Assembly (NCBI GenBank): GCA_047974375.1
Contig: JBKECF010000052.1
Span: 61,694 to 125,693, forward strand
Length of the DNA: 64,000 nt
Direction: 5' to 3'
From: Lachnospirales bacterium
GTDB lineage: Bacteria; Bacillota; Clostridia; Lachnospirales; CAMZNU01
Shown: piece after piece, positions 29,012 through 40,555 of the stretch
Layout of the letters: every line of letters starts with the position of its first letter
How positions within the stretch are numbered: position 1 is the first letter of the stretch
Notes under the pieces: generated by a model
What the model saw: the letters and a program-made list of their open reading frames with translations, nothing else
The model's database searches: none
What the model was told of the DNA's origin: nothing
Position numbers and translations under genes: made by a program

Positions 29012-30295
29012 TTAATTATCTTCAATATGTATAATATTTTTAATTCCAATAATATCTGGATTATTTTCAATATTTGATGTAAATATATTTATATTTTTCT
29101 CTTTTGTTAAGTGAGTTATTAGCACTAGATTAATATTTTCGCTATTTTCCCTTTCTTTTTGCATTATTGAATGTACACTTATATGATTTTTAGCTAGTTC
29201 GCCAGTAATGTATGCTAGAACACCTTCTTTATCACGTACTTTAAGTCGTATATAAAATTTACTTTCGTTTGAATCATGCTCTAGTTCAGTTAAGTTTCTT
29301 TTCACAATAACGCTGTTATCTTTTTCGTTTACAAGGATAGAAATAAGGTCGGAAACAACGGCACTTCCTGTCGGTAAATCCCCTGCGCCTCGGCCGTAGA
29401 ACATTAAATCACCTACAGCATTTCCTCTTATCATTAGTGAATTAAAAGAATCATTTACGTGTGCGATAGGGTTTTCTTTGCGTAGCATAGTTGGATGTAC
29501 ACGCAACTCTAAAGAGTTATCTCTTACTTTAGCTATGGCTAAAGATTTAATAATATATCCAAATTCTTTTGCGTAGTTTATATCTGTTTTTTTAACATTA
29601 GTAATGCCTTTGCGATATATATAGTTAGCGTTATGACCAAAACACAATTTGGCTAGAATTTTAAGTTTATACATTGCATCGAAATTTTCTATGTCCGAAG
29701 TGGGATCTTCCTCGGCGTATCCTAGTTCTTTTGCTTCGGCAAGAGCATCTTCTAACGAGCAACCTTCTTGGTACATCTTTGTTAATATGTAATTAGTAGT
29801 TCCATTTATTATACCGTATACAGATTGAATTTTATTTGCTGTAAGGCTACTATTTATGCCATTTATTATAGGTATGCCACCAGCAACACTGGCTTCATAA
29901 AGGAAAATAACGTTATTTTTAAGAGATGCTGCGTGCAATTCGTCAATGTTATTAGATATACACATTTTATTTGCACTAACTACGTGTTTTCCTTTTTTAA
30001 AAGCCTTTAACATACAAGATTTTGCAAAATCTTCACCACCCATAAGCTCTAAAATAATGCTGATTTCATCATCTTCGAGTATATCATTTTCATTTGTCGT
30101 TAATATATCTTCATTAATGTTAATGTTTCTTTTTTTATGTATATCACGAACAAGTATCTTTTTAACTGTAATTGAGCTTCCGCATTTTGCTTCTATATAT
30201 TGGGCATTTTCTTCCAAGATTTTTAATACGCCTTGTCCTACGTTACCTAAACCTAAAATACCGATTTTAACTTTATTCATTTTGTTCTCCTTCAA
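29012..30295 (-). CDS. hom: Homoserine dehydrogenase (with C-terminal ACT domain)
   Basis: IGILGLGNVGQGV Rossmann motif, ...GIINGTTNYILT..., and an ACT-like C-terminus. Confidence 0.9.
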   Translation of the reverse strand: MKENKMNKVKIGILGLGNVGQGVLKILEENAQYIEAKCGSSITVKKILVRDIHKKRNININEDILTTNENDILEDDEISIILELMGGEDFAKSCMLKAFKKGKHVVSANKMCISNNIDELHAASLKNNVIFLYEASVAGGIPIINGINSSLTANKIQSVYGIINGTTNYILTKMYQEGCSLEDALAEAKELGYAEEDPTSDIENFDAMYKLKILAKLCFGHNANYIYRKGITNVKKTDINYAKEFGYIIKSLAIAKVRDNSLELRVHPTMLRKENPIAHVNDSFNSLMIRGNAVGDLMFYGRGAGDLPTGSAVVSDLISILVNEKDNSVIVKRNLTELEHDSNESKFYIRLKVRDKEGVLAYITGELAKNHISVHSIMQKERENSENINLVLITHLTKEKNINIFTSNIENNPDIIGIKNIIHIEDN

Positions 30296-31172
30296 TAATT
30301 ATTTCTGCTCCTGTGTTTGTATATCCGCATTCTATAAGTTGCCAGTTATTTTCTAAAGTATTTAAATAATTTGAAAAATTAGTCTTATTAAAACTTTCGT
30401 TATAAATAAGTATAAGGGATGGCCCTGCTCCACTTATACATAGAGATATACAATTGTTAACAAGAGCATTATTTTTAATGTTTTGATAATCCTGTATTGA
30501 CTTACCTCTATATTGTTCGTGGATTTTATCATCCATTGAAACTCTAATAAGATTTATGTTGCCATTTATTAACCCTGCAAGAGTATTAATTCCATGAGAT
30601 ATATTAAAAGTGCAATCGTCAAAAGTAATAGTTGAGGGCAAAATTTTTCTTAGCTCATTTGTTCCTATTTTACTTTGATTTGAGGTTAAAACAGCAACTT
30701 TATAGCTGTTAGATAGGTTGAATTTTGCATAAAAATTTTCTTCTTTTTGTAAGTAACTTGTCAGGCCACCAAAAATACAAGGTGTAACATTATCTCCATG
30801 GCCCTCTATTTCTACAGCGAAATTATGTACTTCATTAATATTGAATTTGTTTTTTAAGAGAGTATTGCCTACAAGTAAACCGCCGACAATACATGTAGCA
30901 CTGCTACCTAGTCCGCTACCAAAGGGAATGTCACAGCATGCTTCTATAGTAAAATTAAAGTCTTCATTATATTTTCCTTTTTTTAATATATATACAAGAG
31001 ATTTATAAAATAGATTATTTGTATTATCATAGGGTTCGCAATTTATGAATTCAAGAGTATTCGATTTTTTTACTTTAAAACAATTGTAAATATTTAAGGC
31101 AATACCCAGAGTGTCAAAACCACTACCTAAGTTTGCTGATGTCGCTGGAACTTTAGCTATTATCATATGCAC
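30273..31172 (-). CDS. thrB: Homoserine kinase
   Basis: VPATSANLGSGFD and the GHMP motif PFGSGLGSSA. Confidence 0.9.
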   Translation of the reverse strand: MHMIIAKVPATSANLGSGFDTLGIALNIYNCFKVKKSNTLEFINCEPYDNTNNLFYKSLVYILKKGKYNEDFNFTIEACCDIPFGSGLGSSATCIVGGLLVGNTLLKNKFNINEVHNFAVEIEGHGDNVTPCIFGGLTSYLQKEENFYAKFNLSNSYKVAVLTSNQSKIGTNELRKILPSTITFDDCTFNISHGINTLAGLINGNINLIRVSMDDKIHEQYRGKSIQDYQNIKNNALVNNCISLCISGAGPSLILIYNESFNKTNFSNYLNTLENNWQLIECGYTNTGAEIIIEGEQNE

Positions 31173-32612
31173 CTACTTAATAAATTCTATTACATTATTT
31201 TTTACATTGTTAATATCAATAGTGTTTTTTGTGATTTTTTTATTTTCTAAATTATAAATAACTTGGGGTATCTCGCACTTCGTTTTTTTATTAATAGCCC
31301 TTATTAATTGAAATTCATTTTCATCTGAAATATTTAAGCTTTTACCTATTACTTTTGGAAACTTATAAGGGCTGGCCGTACTTGTTATTAAACAGTAATT
31401 TTTTGTTTTGTTTTCAGCCTTTAGTTTTCTCTGAACAAAACTTGCAACAGCAGTATGAGGGTCGACTACATAATTAAATTTTTCATATATGTATTTTATT
31501 TCACTTTCTGTTTCAGATTCGCTACAGCATCCACTTATAAAGTCTGAAAAAATATTTTTATCTACTTTATATTTATTAGTATTTTTTAAGTCTAGCATTA
31601 TTTCCTTTGTTTTTTCTTCGCCAAGTTTTAGATATAGTAGTCTTTCTAAATTGCTAGATATAAGTATATCCATAGAAGGGCTTGATGTAACATAGAAATC
31701 TCTATTAATATCGTATACTCCAGTTTCAAAAAAATCTGTAAGTACATTGTTTTTATTTGAGGCGCAAATAAACTTATCTACTGGTAAGCCTATTAATTTA
31801 GCGAAGTAGCTTGCTAATATATTCCCAAAATTACCTGTTGGTACAGCAATATCGATTTTATCTCCCATTTTGATTTTTTTATTTTTAATTAAATCTATAT
31901 AAGAATGAAAATAATATACGACTTGAGGCAACAGCCTTCCTATATTAATAGAATTTGCACTAGATAAATATCTATTATGTTCTTTTCCAATTTCAAAAAT
32001 ATTATTATCGGCAAAAAGCTCTTTTACTTTGCTTTGAGCGTCATCGAAATTACCTTTTATGGAGAATACTTTAGTATTATCACCATCAATATTTAACATT
32101 TGCAGTTCTTGTATATGGCTAACACCGATTTCAGGATATAAAACTATTATTTTTATATTAGGAATATTTTTAAATCCTTCCAAAGCTGCGCTACCTGTGT
32201 CGCCGGAGGTGGCTGTTAAAATTAGTAAGTTCTCATTTGTATTTTTACGAGATAGGGCATCTGAAAGTAGATGCGGTAGCATTGATAATGCAATATCTTT
32301 AAATGCCAGAGTTGGCCCATGAAAAAGTTCAATAAAGGCGAAGTCGTCAAACTTTTTAACAGGAACAATATTACTTTTTGTAAATTTTGAATAGCTTTTT
32401 TCAATATAGTTTTTTAGTTTGATTTCTTCTATATCAAAAAATAAACCGAGTATGGAGCTGCATATATTTATATAATTTAGGTCCATAAGATTATTTATAT
32501 TAACTTTTGGAAATTCTTTAGGCATGTATAAACCTCCGTCTTTAGCTATTCCATTTATTAATGCTTCATAATCTTTTACTTCTTCTGTAGAACGTGTACT
32601 TTTAAATATCAT
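31173..32612 (-). CDS. thrC: Threonine synthase (long form)
   Basis: LFHGPTLAFKD PLP-lysine motif, TSGDTGSAA, PTGNFGN. Confidence 0.9.
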   Translation of the reverse strand: MIFKSTRSTEEVKDYEALINGIAKDGGLYMPKEFPKVNINNLMDLNYINICSSILGLFFDIEEIKLKNYIEKSYSKFTKSNIVPVKKFDDFAFIELFHGPTLAFKDIALSMLPHLLSDALSRKNTNENLLILTATSGDTGSAALEGFKNIPNIKIIVLYPEIGVSHIQELQMLNIDGDNTKVFSIKGNFDDAQSKVKELFADNNIFEIGKEHNRYLSSANSINIGRLLPQVVYYFHSYIDLIKNKKIKMGDKIDIAVPTGNFGNILASYFAKLIGLPVDKFICASNKNNVLTDFFETGVYDINRDFYVTSSPSMDILISSNLERLLYLKLGEEKTKEIMLDLKNTNKYKVDKNIFSDFISGCCSESETESEIKYIYEKFNYVVDPHTAVASFVQRKLKAENKTKNYCLITSTASPYKFPKVIGKSLNISDENEFQLIRAINKKTKCEIPQVIYNLENKKITKNTIDINNVKNNVIEFIK

Positions 32613-32713
32613 AAGCTCTCCTTCTTTAATTCATATGTACATATTTTATGAATATTTCAAGTTTAATGTAACTATAATACTATTTTTATCTAAAAAAGTT
32701 AATTAAATTTAAA

Positions 32714-32768
32714 ATAAGCTGTATCAAAAAAAATTATAAGTAAAATAATTTTTTTTGATACAGCTTAT
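32714..32768. terminator. Terminator hairpin downstream of the 32782-33222 gene
   Basis: ataagctgtatcaaaaaaaa / ttttttttgatacagcttat, 20-nt perfect arms. Confidence 0.75.
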
Positions 32769-32781
32769 TATTTAACAACTA

Positions 32782-33222
32782 CTACTGTTTTTTTGCTTCT
32801 TTATTTTTCTTCTTTTTATCTTTTTTAATTTGCTTCATTTCCTCTTTAGACTTCATACCGATTACGCTTACAATGTATATTCCAGCAATTTCTACACGAA
32901 TATTTTTTTTAAGTGTAATGGCGTCATAAACATGCTTTTCGCACATAAGTGTCATAATTTGTGGACCTATTTTTGCTTTAACGAAATACATCTTTAAGAT
33001 TTTTGAATAAAATGGAATTTGTTCTGTTACCATTTTGGGCATACTAACATTTGTAATTCGATCGTGAGATTTATCTATGGCGTAAATATTAACAGTTTGT
33101 TTTGAAGTTTCTACAAAACTCTGTTGAGTATCCATTTTTTTTGATGCCCACTTGTTTAGGAAATAAAGACCCAACACAATGATGCCTACCACAAAAGTTC
33201 CGATAATTAAAAAATCAATCAT
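32782..33222 (-). CDS. Hypothetical membrane-anchored protein with lysine-rich tail
   Basis: N-terminal TM helix, ~100-aa globular part, C-terminal KKDKKKKNKEAKKQ. Confidence 0.5.
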   Translation of the reverse strand: MIDFLIIGTFVVGIIVLGLYFLNKWASKKMDTQQSFVETSKQTVNIYAIDKSHDRITNVSMPKMVTEQIPFYSKILKMYFVKAKIGPQIMTLMCEKHVYDAITLKKNIRVEIAGIYIVSVIGMKSKEEMKQIKKDKKKKNKEAKKQ

Positions 33223-33343
33223 AATTTCCTCCTAGATTGGTTGCTGTATTTTATAGTGAAAAATAATTACAATTGCTATTTTAGCATTGTTTTTTTATAA
33301 TTAAAATACTTTATTTAAAATAATTTGAAATTTGGAGGATAAA

Positions 33344-34801
33344 ATGGATTACATGAATATGGCTACAATTTTTATTAATTTATTTTTTGCTACAGTTATT
33401 ATTTTTTCTGGTCATAAAAATCCAAGTTTTACATGGGCTTGGTTACTTTTGCTTTTTATTTTTCCATATTTTGGTTTTTTCCTCTACTTAGTTATAGGGA
33501 TGAACGGGGGCAGGCTGCGTATTTTTCAAAAAAAAGCAATTAGAGATAAAATTATTAATACCAAAACTCATAGAGCAACGTTTCCAGGCTTAAACTATAT
33601 AAGACTTAATGATGACATTTTATTAACTTCTCAATTTATAAGAAATGAAGAGTATAATAACTTTGAAGATTTAGCTAGGCTTAACCATACAATGGATGAT
33701 GCACACTATATAGAAAATAATACGATAAAAATATATAATAGTGGAGAAGAAAAATTTGCTGATTTAATGAAAGACATAGAAAAAGCTAAAACATTTATTC
33801 ACTTAGAGTACTACATTGTAAGAGATGATAATATATCTAATAAATTAATTAATGCGTTAGCTAAAAAAGCTAGAGCAGGTGTAGAGGTTAAATTTTTAAT
33901 GGATAGAATGGGTACGTATTTAGTTAATAAGAAGAATTTTAAAAGAATTATAAAAGGTGGAGGTGATATAGCTTATTTTGAAGGGCCTATAGTTACAAAT
34001 CTAAATTATAGGAATCACAGAAAATTAGCTGTAATAGATGGTAAAGTTGGCTATGTAGGTGGTCTAAATGTAGGTGATGAGTATTTAGGAAAAGTAAAGC
34101 GGTTTGGCAATTGGCGGGATTCTCATATAAGAATTAACGGAGATAGTGTGAAAGATTTAGAAATAAGGTTTATGAAAGATTGGAATTTTTCATCAGCAAA
34201 TAAAGTTAAAATGATAGAGCGTTATTTCCCTAAGATTAAAAAGCTAAAAGATACAATGGCTATACAAATAGTTTCCAGTGGACCAGATACAAAAAATGAT
34301 AATATATTAGCAGCATTTTTAAAAATGATTAATAGTGCAAAAAAAAGTATATATATAGTTACGCCATATTTCGTTCCTAATGAAAGTTTAATTGATGCAT
34401 TAAAAATAGCATCACTTTCTGGAGTAAAAATAACTATTCTAATACCAGCTAATCCAGATCATCTATTTGTGTATAACGCAAGTATATCCTATATTCGTGA
34501 TTTAATTAATTACGATATAAAGTGTTGTGAGTACGAAAAAGGATTTATACATGCTAAATTATTAATAGTCGATGAATTTATGGTTTCTATTGGCTCTGCT
34601 AATATGGATATACGAAGCTTTTCTTTAAATTTTGAAGTAAATAGCTTTATATACGACGTAAACACGGCTAAGAAATTTATAGAGCAAATAGAAGAAGATA
34701 TGTTAGATAGTAGAGAAATAACAAAAAAATGGTTAAATCAAAGGAGTGTTTTCCGTTTGTTAGAAGAAGCAGCAAGTAAGTTAATATCTCCTTTACTATA
34801 G
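33344..34801 (+). CDS. cls: Cardiolipin synthase
   Basis: Two N-terminal TM helices and two HKD motifs (HRKLAVIDGKVGYVGGLN; HAKLLIVDEFMVSIGSAN). The ATG at 33344 follows GGAGGA; the track start at 33332 is TTG. Confidence 0.9.
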   Translation: MDYMNMATIFINLFFATVIIFSGHKNPSFTWAWLLLLFIFPYFGFFLYLVIGMNGGRLRIFQKKAIRDKIINTKTHRATFPGLNYIRLNDDILLTSQFIRNEEYNNFEDLARLNHTMDDAHYIENNTIKIYNSGEEKFADLMKDIEKAKTFIHLEYYIVRDDNISNKLINALAKKARAGVEVKFLMDRMGTYLVNKKNFKRIIKGGGDIAYFEGPIVTNLNYRNHRKLAVIDGKVGYVGGLNVGDEYLGKVKRFGNWRDSHIRINGDSVKDLEIRFMKDWNFSSANKVKMIERYFPKIKKLKDTMAIQIVSSGPDTKNDNILAAFLKMINSAKKSIYIVTPYFVPNESLIDALKIASLSGVKITILIPANPDHLFVYNASISYIRDLINYDIKCCEYEKGFIHAKLLIVDEFMVSIGSANMDIRSFSLNFEVNSFIYDVNTAKKFIEQIEEDMLDSREITKKWLNQRSVFRLLEEAASKLISPLL

Positions 34802-34808
34802 GTGTAAA

Positions 34809-35417
34809 ATGTATAAAACAGTAAAAAATGAAGGTTATTACGAGTTTATAGAGAAAAAATCTAGATTTATAGGTAGAGCTATTTACGTTGATAGCGAGGA
34901 TGAAGCAATATTGTACTTAAATAAAATACGTAAACTGGAAAAGGGAGCAAGGCATAATTGTTATGCTTATAGATTGAAAAATAATAATATAACTAGATTT
35001 AGTGATGATGGCGAACCTAGTGGAACAGGTGGAACTCCAATACTCGAAATAATTAATAAGGAAGATTTATATAATGTAATAGTAGTAGTGACAAGGTATT
35101 TTGGAGGTACACTACTTGGAACGGGCGGCCTTGTTCGAGCATACGGTAGTGCAGGCAAAGAGGCTTTGATTAATAGTAATATAGCTGTAAAGGGTATATG
35201 CTATATTTATAAAATACAGTGCGAATATAGCTTATCAGGAAAAATAGAGTATTTAATTAATCAAAATGAGTTTAAATTGCTTGATACAAAGTACACAGAC
35301 AAAGTTAGTTACAAAGTAATTGTACAAAAAGAAAAAGATAATATTTTTAAAGATGAACTAAGTGAATATAACTTAGACATTAAAAAGATTGAAGAAGAGT
35401 ATATGTTTATAGATTAA
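34809..35417 (+). CDS. YigZ/IMPACT-family protein (UPF0029)
   Basis: ..KKSRFIG....ARHNCYAY......DDGEPSGTGG.PIL.. is the typical YigZ pattern. Confidence 0.85.
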   Translation: MYKTVKNEGYYEFIEKKSRFIGRAIYVDSEDEAILYLNKIRKLEKGARHNCYAYRLKNNNITRFSDDGEPSGTGGTPILEIINKEDLYNVIVVVTRYFGGTLLGTGGLVRAYGSAGKEALINSNIAVKGICYIYKIQCEYSLSGKIEYLINQNEFKLLDTKYTDKVSYKVIVQKEKDNIFKDELSEYNLDIKKIEEEYMFID

Positions 35418-35431
35418 GGAGTAAAAAAGTT

Positions 35432-36163
35432 ATGTCAGGACATTCAAAATTTTCAAATATAAAACATAAAAAAGAAAAAAATGATGCTAAAAAAGGGAAA
35501 ATTTTTACAAGGTTAGGTAAAGAAATAATAGTAGCTGTTAAAAGTGGAGGGAATGATCCGACAACAAACAGCAAATTAAGAGATGCTGTGGCAAAAGCTA
35601 GAGAGAACAATATGCCAAATGACAACGTACAAAGGTTAATTAAAAAGGCATCTGGCGATACGGATAATATGAACTATGAACACATTATTTATGAAGGATA
35701 TGGTCCAAGTGGAATAGCTGTCATTGTTGATGCCTTAACAGATAATAGAAATCGTGCTGCTGCAAATGTAAGAAATGCATTTACCAAAGGTGGTGGAAAT
35801 ATGGGAAATGCAGGATGTGTTTCGTACTTATTTGATGAATTAGGTAAAATTTATATTGAAAAAGATGTAATAAATGAAGATAAGCTTATGGGGATATCTA
35901 TTGAGCTTGAAGTGGAGGAGTTCAATATAGATGAGGAGGTTTATGAAATAGTAACACTTCCAGATAAATTTTCTACTACTCGTGATTATTTTCAAGATAG
36001 AGATATACCAATGTATAGCCAAATGTTAGGAATGTATCCACAGAACTATGTCACTTTGGAAGATGAAGAAGATATGAAAAAGTTCAGAAAACTTATAAAT
36101 TTATTAGATGACGATGATGATGTTCAGGAATTTTATCATAATTGTGAAAATTTCGAGGATTAA
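35432..36163 (+). CDS. YebC/PmpR-family DNA-binding regulator
   Basis: MSGHSKFSNIKHKKEKNDAKKGKIFTRLGKEI... is the canonical YebC N-terminus. Confidence 0.92.
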   Translation: MSGHSKFSNIKHKKEKNDAKKGKIFTRLGKEIIVAVKSGGNDPTTNSKLRDAVAKARENNMPNDNVQRLIKKASGDTDNMNYEHIIYEGYGPSGIAVIVDALTDNRNRAAANVRNAFTKGGGNMGNAGCVSYLFDELGKIYIEKDVINEDKLMGISIELEVEEFNIDEEVYEIVTLPDKFSTTRDYFQDRDIPMYSQMLGMYPQNYVTLEDEEDMKKFRKLINLLDDDDDVQEFYHNCENFED

Positions 36164-36365
36164 TTTGTGGAAAAAGTATATTTAATGATATGCTATTATG
36201 CATAACTAACAAATTTAATGAGAATTAAATGTGAAAAATATATATTCATATTGTTAAATAAATATTTATATTTAAATTTAGATGTGGTATAATTACTTTG
36301 CTGAAAGAATAGTAGGCAAAGTAAGTTGCACTACTATTTAATTAATTTATATTTAGGAGGATTAA

Positions 36366-37376
<1,011 letters not shown>

Positions 37377-37382
37377 TATTTA

Positions 37383-37416
37383 AAAAAAGCATTTGCACTG
37401 TGCAAGTGCTTTTTTT
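37383..37416 (+). terminator. Rho-independent terminator of gap
   Basis: aaagcatttgcac tgtgcaagtgcttttttt. Confidence 0.8.
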
Positions 37417-37505
37417 ATGTAGAAATATAAATTATAGAATCTTTTTATTGTATATGATAATATACAGTTAAAATAATTTATTAAAAATGACAGATAGGTG
37501 GTAAA

Positions 37506-38354
37506 ATGGTAAAGTTAATTGCATGTGATTTAGATGGAACATTAATACATAATAATATGATATCGAGTATAAATAAAGGGGCGATTAAAAGGTTTGAAAA
37601 TAGTGGAGGAAGGTTTGTTGTGTCTACTGGACGTGATTTTAATATGGCTATGGAAGTAACAGATCTTAGTTGTGACTATATTTGTGCAAATGGTGCTTGT
37701 GTATACGAGAATGGTAAATTGGTATATAAAATAACTATGCCAAGAGAGGATTTGGAAAAAATAATAAACATTTCAAAAGAAAATTGTGTAATTGATTTAT
37801 TTACTAATAAAGGAATTTATAATATAGGCGGAGTAGAAAAATTCAAAAAAGATTTTAAAGAAGTAGAGGAAATTATAGATGAACATGGATCATTTTTCGG
37901 AGAAAGTGATAAGGAAAAACTTTATTATAAAATGATAGGTAGACGTACTTTTAGAGAATTTAAAGATTTAGAAGATGATATCGAAGTATATAAGGTATTT
38001 TTGCAAAAGTTTGATATAAACGAAATAAAAAAATTAAGAGAAGATTTTAGCGTAATTAAAACTATAAATATTGATTCTTCATTTATGTACAATATTGAAC
38101 TCACAAATATAAATGCTACAAAAGGAAAAACAGTTAAAGCCTACGCTGAAAGTAAAAATATTAAAATGGAAGAAGTTATGATAATAGGCGATGGAGAAAA
38201 TGATTTATCTATGTTATCTATGGACTTCGGTTTTACTGTTGCCATGGGAAATGCTGAGGATTCAATTAAAAAAGCGGCTAAATATACAACAATAGATTGC
38301 GTCGATAACGGAGTGGCACATGCAATAGAAAAATATGCACTTAAAAGTTTTTAA
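37506..38354 (+). CDS. Cof-type HAD-IIB phosphatase
   Basis: IACDLDGTL motif I, STGR, and C-terminal GDGENDLSM. Confidence 0.85.
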   Translation: MVKLIACDLDGTLIHNNMISSINKGAIKRFENSGGRFVVSTGRDFNMAMEVTDLSCDYICANGACVYENGKLVYKITMPREDLEKIINISKENCVIDLFTNKGIYNIGGVEKFKKDFKEVEEIIDEHGSFFGESDKEKLYYKMIGRRTFREFKDLEDDIEVYKVFLQKFDINEIKKLREDFSVIKTINIDSSFMYNIELTNINATKGKTVKAYAESKNIKMEEVMIIGDGENDLSMLSMDFGFTVAMGNAEDSIKKAAKYTTIDCVDNGVAHAIEKYALKSF

Positions 38355-38359
38355 TAGTC

Positions 38360-38410
38360 AAAATGGAGATGTTTACAATTATATTAAAATTTGTAAATGT
38401 CTCCATTTTT
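38360..38410. terminator. Bidirectional terminator
   Basis: aaaatggagatgtttacaa / ttgtaaatgtctccatttt. Confidence 0.8.
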
Positions 38411-38422
38411 TTATATTAAAAA

Positions 38423-39277
38423 TTAGATTAATTTTAAATTCTTAATTAATAACGGTAAAGCTGATTCAAATTGCATTCCACTTTTATAATCATCAGGATT
38501 TACATTTTCTATTGTATTTTTTATTGCCTGAGCTGTAAAAGTAGCAGCTATTTCCGCTGATTTTATAAGTGGGAAATCATGTAATAAAGCTGAAAAAAGT
38601 GCACTTGCATATATATCACCTGTTCCATGATAGCTGCCGCCGATTTTTTCACAAATATGGTAGTCGAATGAATTGTTTTTTTCATCGTATGTTGATATAC
38701 CATATGTATTATCATCAAAGTCAGTGCCTGTTAAAACTACTTTTTTAACTCCTAGCTTTTCTTTTAGTTCAAGTAATATACTTTCAATAAATGACTTACT
38801 ATAAGGTCCGTCAATGTATTCTTTTCCTAAAAGGAAAAGTGCCTCAGTTATATTAGGGACTACAATGTCGGCTTTCTTGCATAAATCTGCCATACCGCTA
38901 GCGAATTCCATGTCAAAGATAGGATACATTTTACCGTTGTCTGCCATAGCTGGGTCAATTATTACAATATTATTTTTTTTGAATTTATCTATAAATTTTC
39001 CGACTAAGTCTAACTGTTCGAAAGAGCCTAAAAATCCGGTGTAAATCCCATCAAATTTAAAGTTTAAATCTTCCCAATGTTTTTGAATAGGTGAAATTTG
39101 GTCTGTTAAATCTTTAAAAGTATAATTAGTAAATCCTCCTGTGTGTGTGGATAATACGGCAGTTGGTATAATATTTGTTGTTATACCAGTTGCTGAAATT
39201 ATTGGCATTGCTACAGTTAAAGAACATTTACCATGACAAGAAATATCATGTATAGCAACTACATTTTTTTGTTTCAT
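38423..39277 (-). CDS. pdxK: Pyridoxal/pyridoxamine kinase
   Basis: Ribokinase-fold PdxK/PdxY pattern: ...IHDISCHGKCSL..., DPAMADNGK, HGTGDIYASA. Confidence 0.8.
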   Translation of the reverse strand: MKQKNVVAIHDISCHGKCSLTVAMPIISATGITTNIIPTAVLSTHTGGFTNYTFKDLTDQISPIQKHWEDLNFKFDGIYTGFLGSFEQLDLVGKFIDKFKKNNIVIIDPAMADNGKMYPIFDMEFASGMADLCKKADIVVPNITEALFLLGKEYIDGPYSKSFIESILLELKEKLGVKKVVLTGTDFDDNTYGISTYDEKNNSFDYHICEKIGGSYHGTGDIYASALFSALLHDFPLIKSAEIAATFTAQAIKNTIENVNPDDYKSGMQFESALPLLIKNLKLI

Positions 39278-39544
39278 AATTTAATCTCCTTTCGAAACCT
39301 GCTTAACTAATAGTAAATATTTATGTAATCTTTACTATAGTTAAGTATAATGAAAAATAATACATTGTCAATTATTGCTATATAAATAATTATTTTTTTG
39401 CAAAATAAGGAGTTATAAATTGCATAAAAAATATTTACTTATAAAAAAAGCTCGTAAAATAGGATGTTTGTTATAATAATATTATTTACTTTGCAAGAAA
39501 AAAATGATACAATTCATATATTGATAAACAATAGGAGGAAAATT

Positions 39545-40555
39545 ATGAAGCAAATAACATTAATCCCAGGCGATGGAATAGGTAAAGAGATATCTAAAAG
39601 TTTAATTGAGATTTTTGAATTTATGGATATACCCATTGAGTTTGAAGTTGAAAATGCTGGATATAAAGAGTTTTTAAAAAATGGTAATCCGCTACCAGAT
39701 AGTTTGTATAAATCCATAGAGAAGAATAAAATTGCTATAAAAGGTCCCACAACTACGCAAATAGGCTCTGGGTATAGGAGTATTAATGTTTATTTGAGAA
39801 AAAAATATGACTTATATACAAATATACGGGAAGTTAAATCTTTGGAAAATACTTTAGGTAGGTATGAAAATATAGATTTGACAATCTTCAGGGAGAATAC
39901 AGAAGGGCTTTATATTGGCGATGAGGAAATTCTTGAAGAGGGTGAAAATAAAACTGTTATAGCTAGAAAAAAAATAACTAGAAAAGGTAGCATACGTATT
40001 ATTAGAAAAGCTTTTCAATATGCAAACTTAAATAACAAAAAGAAAGTAACAGTGGCACATAAAGCAAATATTTTAAAAGAATGTGATGGCTTATTTTTAG
40101 AATGTGCAAGGGAAGTAAGCAAAAACTATCCTACAATTGAGTTAGAGGAAGTTATTATTGATAATATGTGTATGCAACTAGTAATGTATCCAGAAAAATA
40201 TGGGGTTATAGTTACAATGAACTTATACGGAGATATATTATCGGATTTATGTGCAGGCTTAATAGGTGGTCTTGGACTAGCACCGGGTTCAAATATTGGT
40301 GACGATATTGCTATTTTTGAACCAGTGCATGGAAGTGCTCCAGATATTGCTGGTAGGAATATTGCAAACCCTACAGCTATTTTATTAAGTTCAGTCCAAA
40401 TGCTAAAGTACTTAAATATGGAGGACTACGCTAAAAAGCTTGAAAATGCAATAATTAACCTTTATAAAGAGGGCAAGTATTTAACAAAAGATTTGGGTGG
40501 AACTACGACTACAGATGAATTTACCAAAGGTATTATAGAAAAGCTGGGTGATTAA
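39545..40555 (+). CDS. icd: NAD-dependent isocitrate dehydrogenase (isocitrate/isopropylmalate dehydrogenase family)
   Basis: ITLIPGDGIGKE, RENTEGLY, NLYGDILSD, HGSAPDIAG. Adjacency to citrate synthase favours IDH over LeuB. The ATG at 39545 follows AGGAGG. Confidence 0.8.
   Translation: MKQITLIPGDGIGKEISKSLIEIFEFMDIPIEFEVENAGYKEFLKNGNPLPDSLYKSIEKNKIAIKGPTTTQIGSGYRSINVYLRKKYDLYTNIREVKSLENTLGRYENIDLTIFRENTEGLYIGDEEILEEGENKTVIARKKITRKGSIRIIRKAFQYANLNNKKKVTVAHKANILKECDGLFLECAREVSKNYPTIELEEVIIDNMCMQLVMYPEKYGVIVTMNLYGDILSDLCAGLIGGLGLAPGSNIGDDIAIFEPVHGSAPDIAGRNIANPTAILLSSVQMLKYLNMEDYAKKLENAIINLYKEGKYLTKDLGGTTTTDEFTKGIIEKLGD

Noticed and set aside
32613-32781. T-box, riboswitch or leader-peptide attenuator upstream of thrC-thrB-hom.
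   Set aside because: The leader is short and almost pure AT. The only strong hairpin (32714-32768) is the terminator of the upstream convergently read gene.
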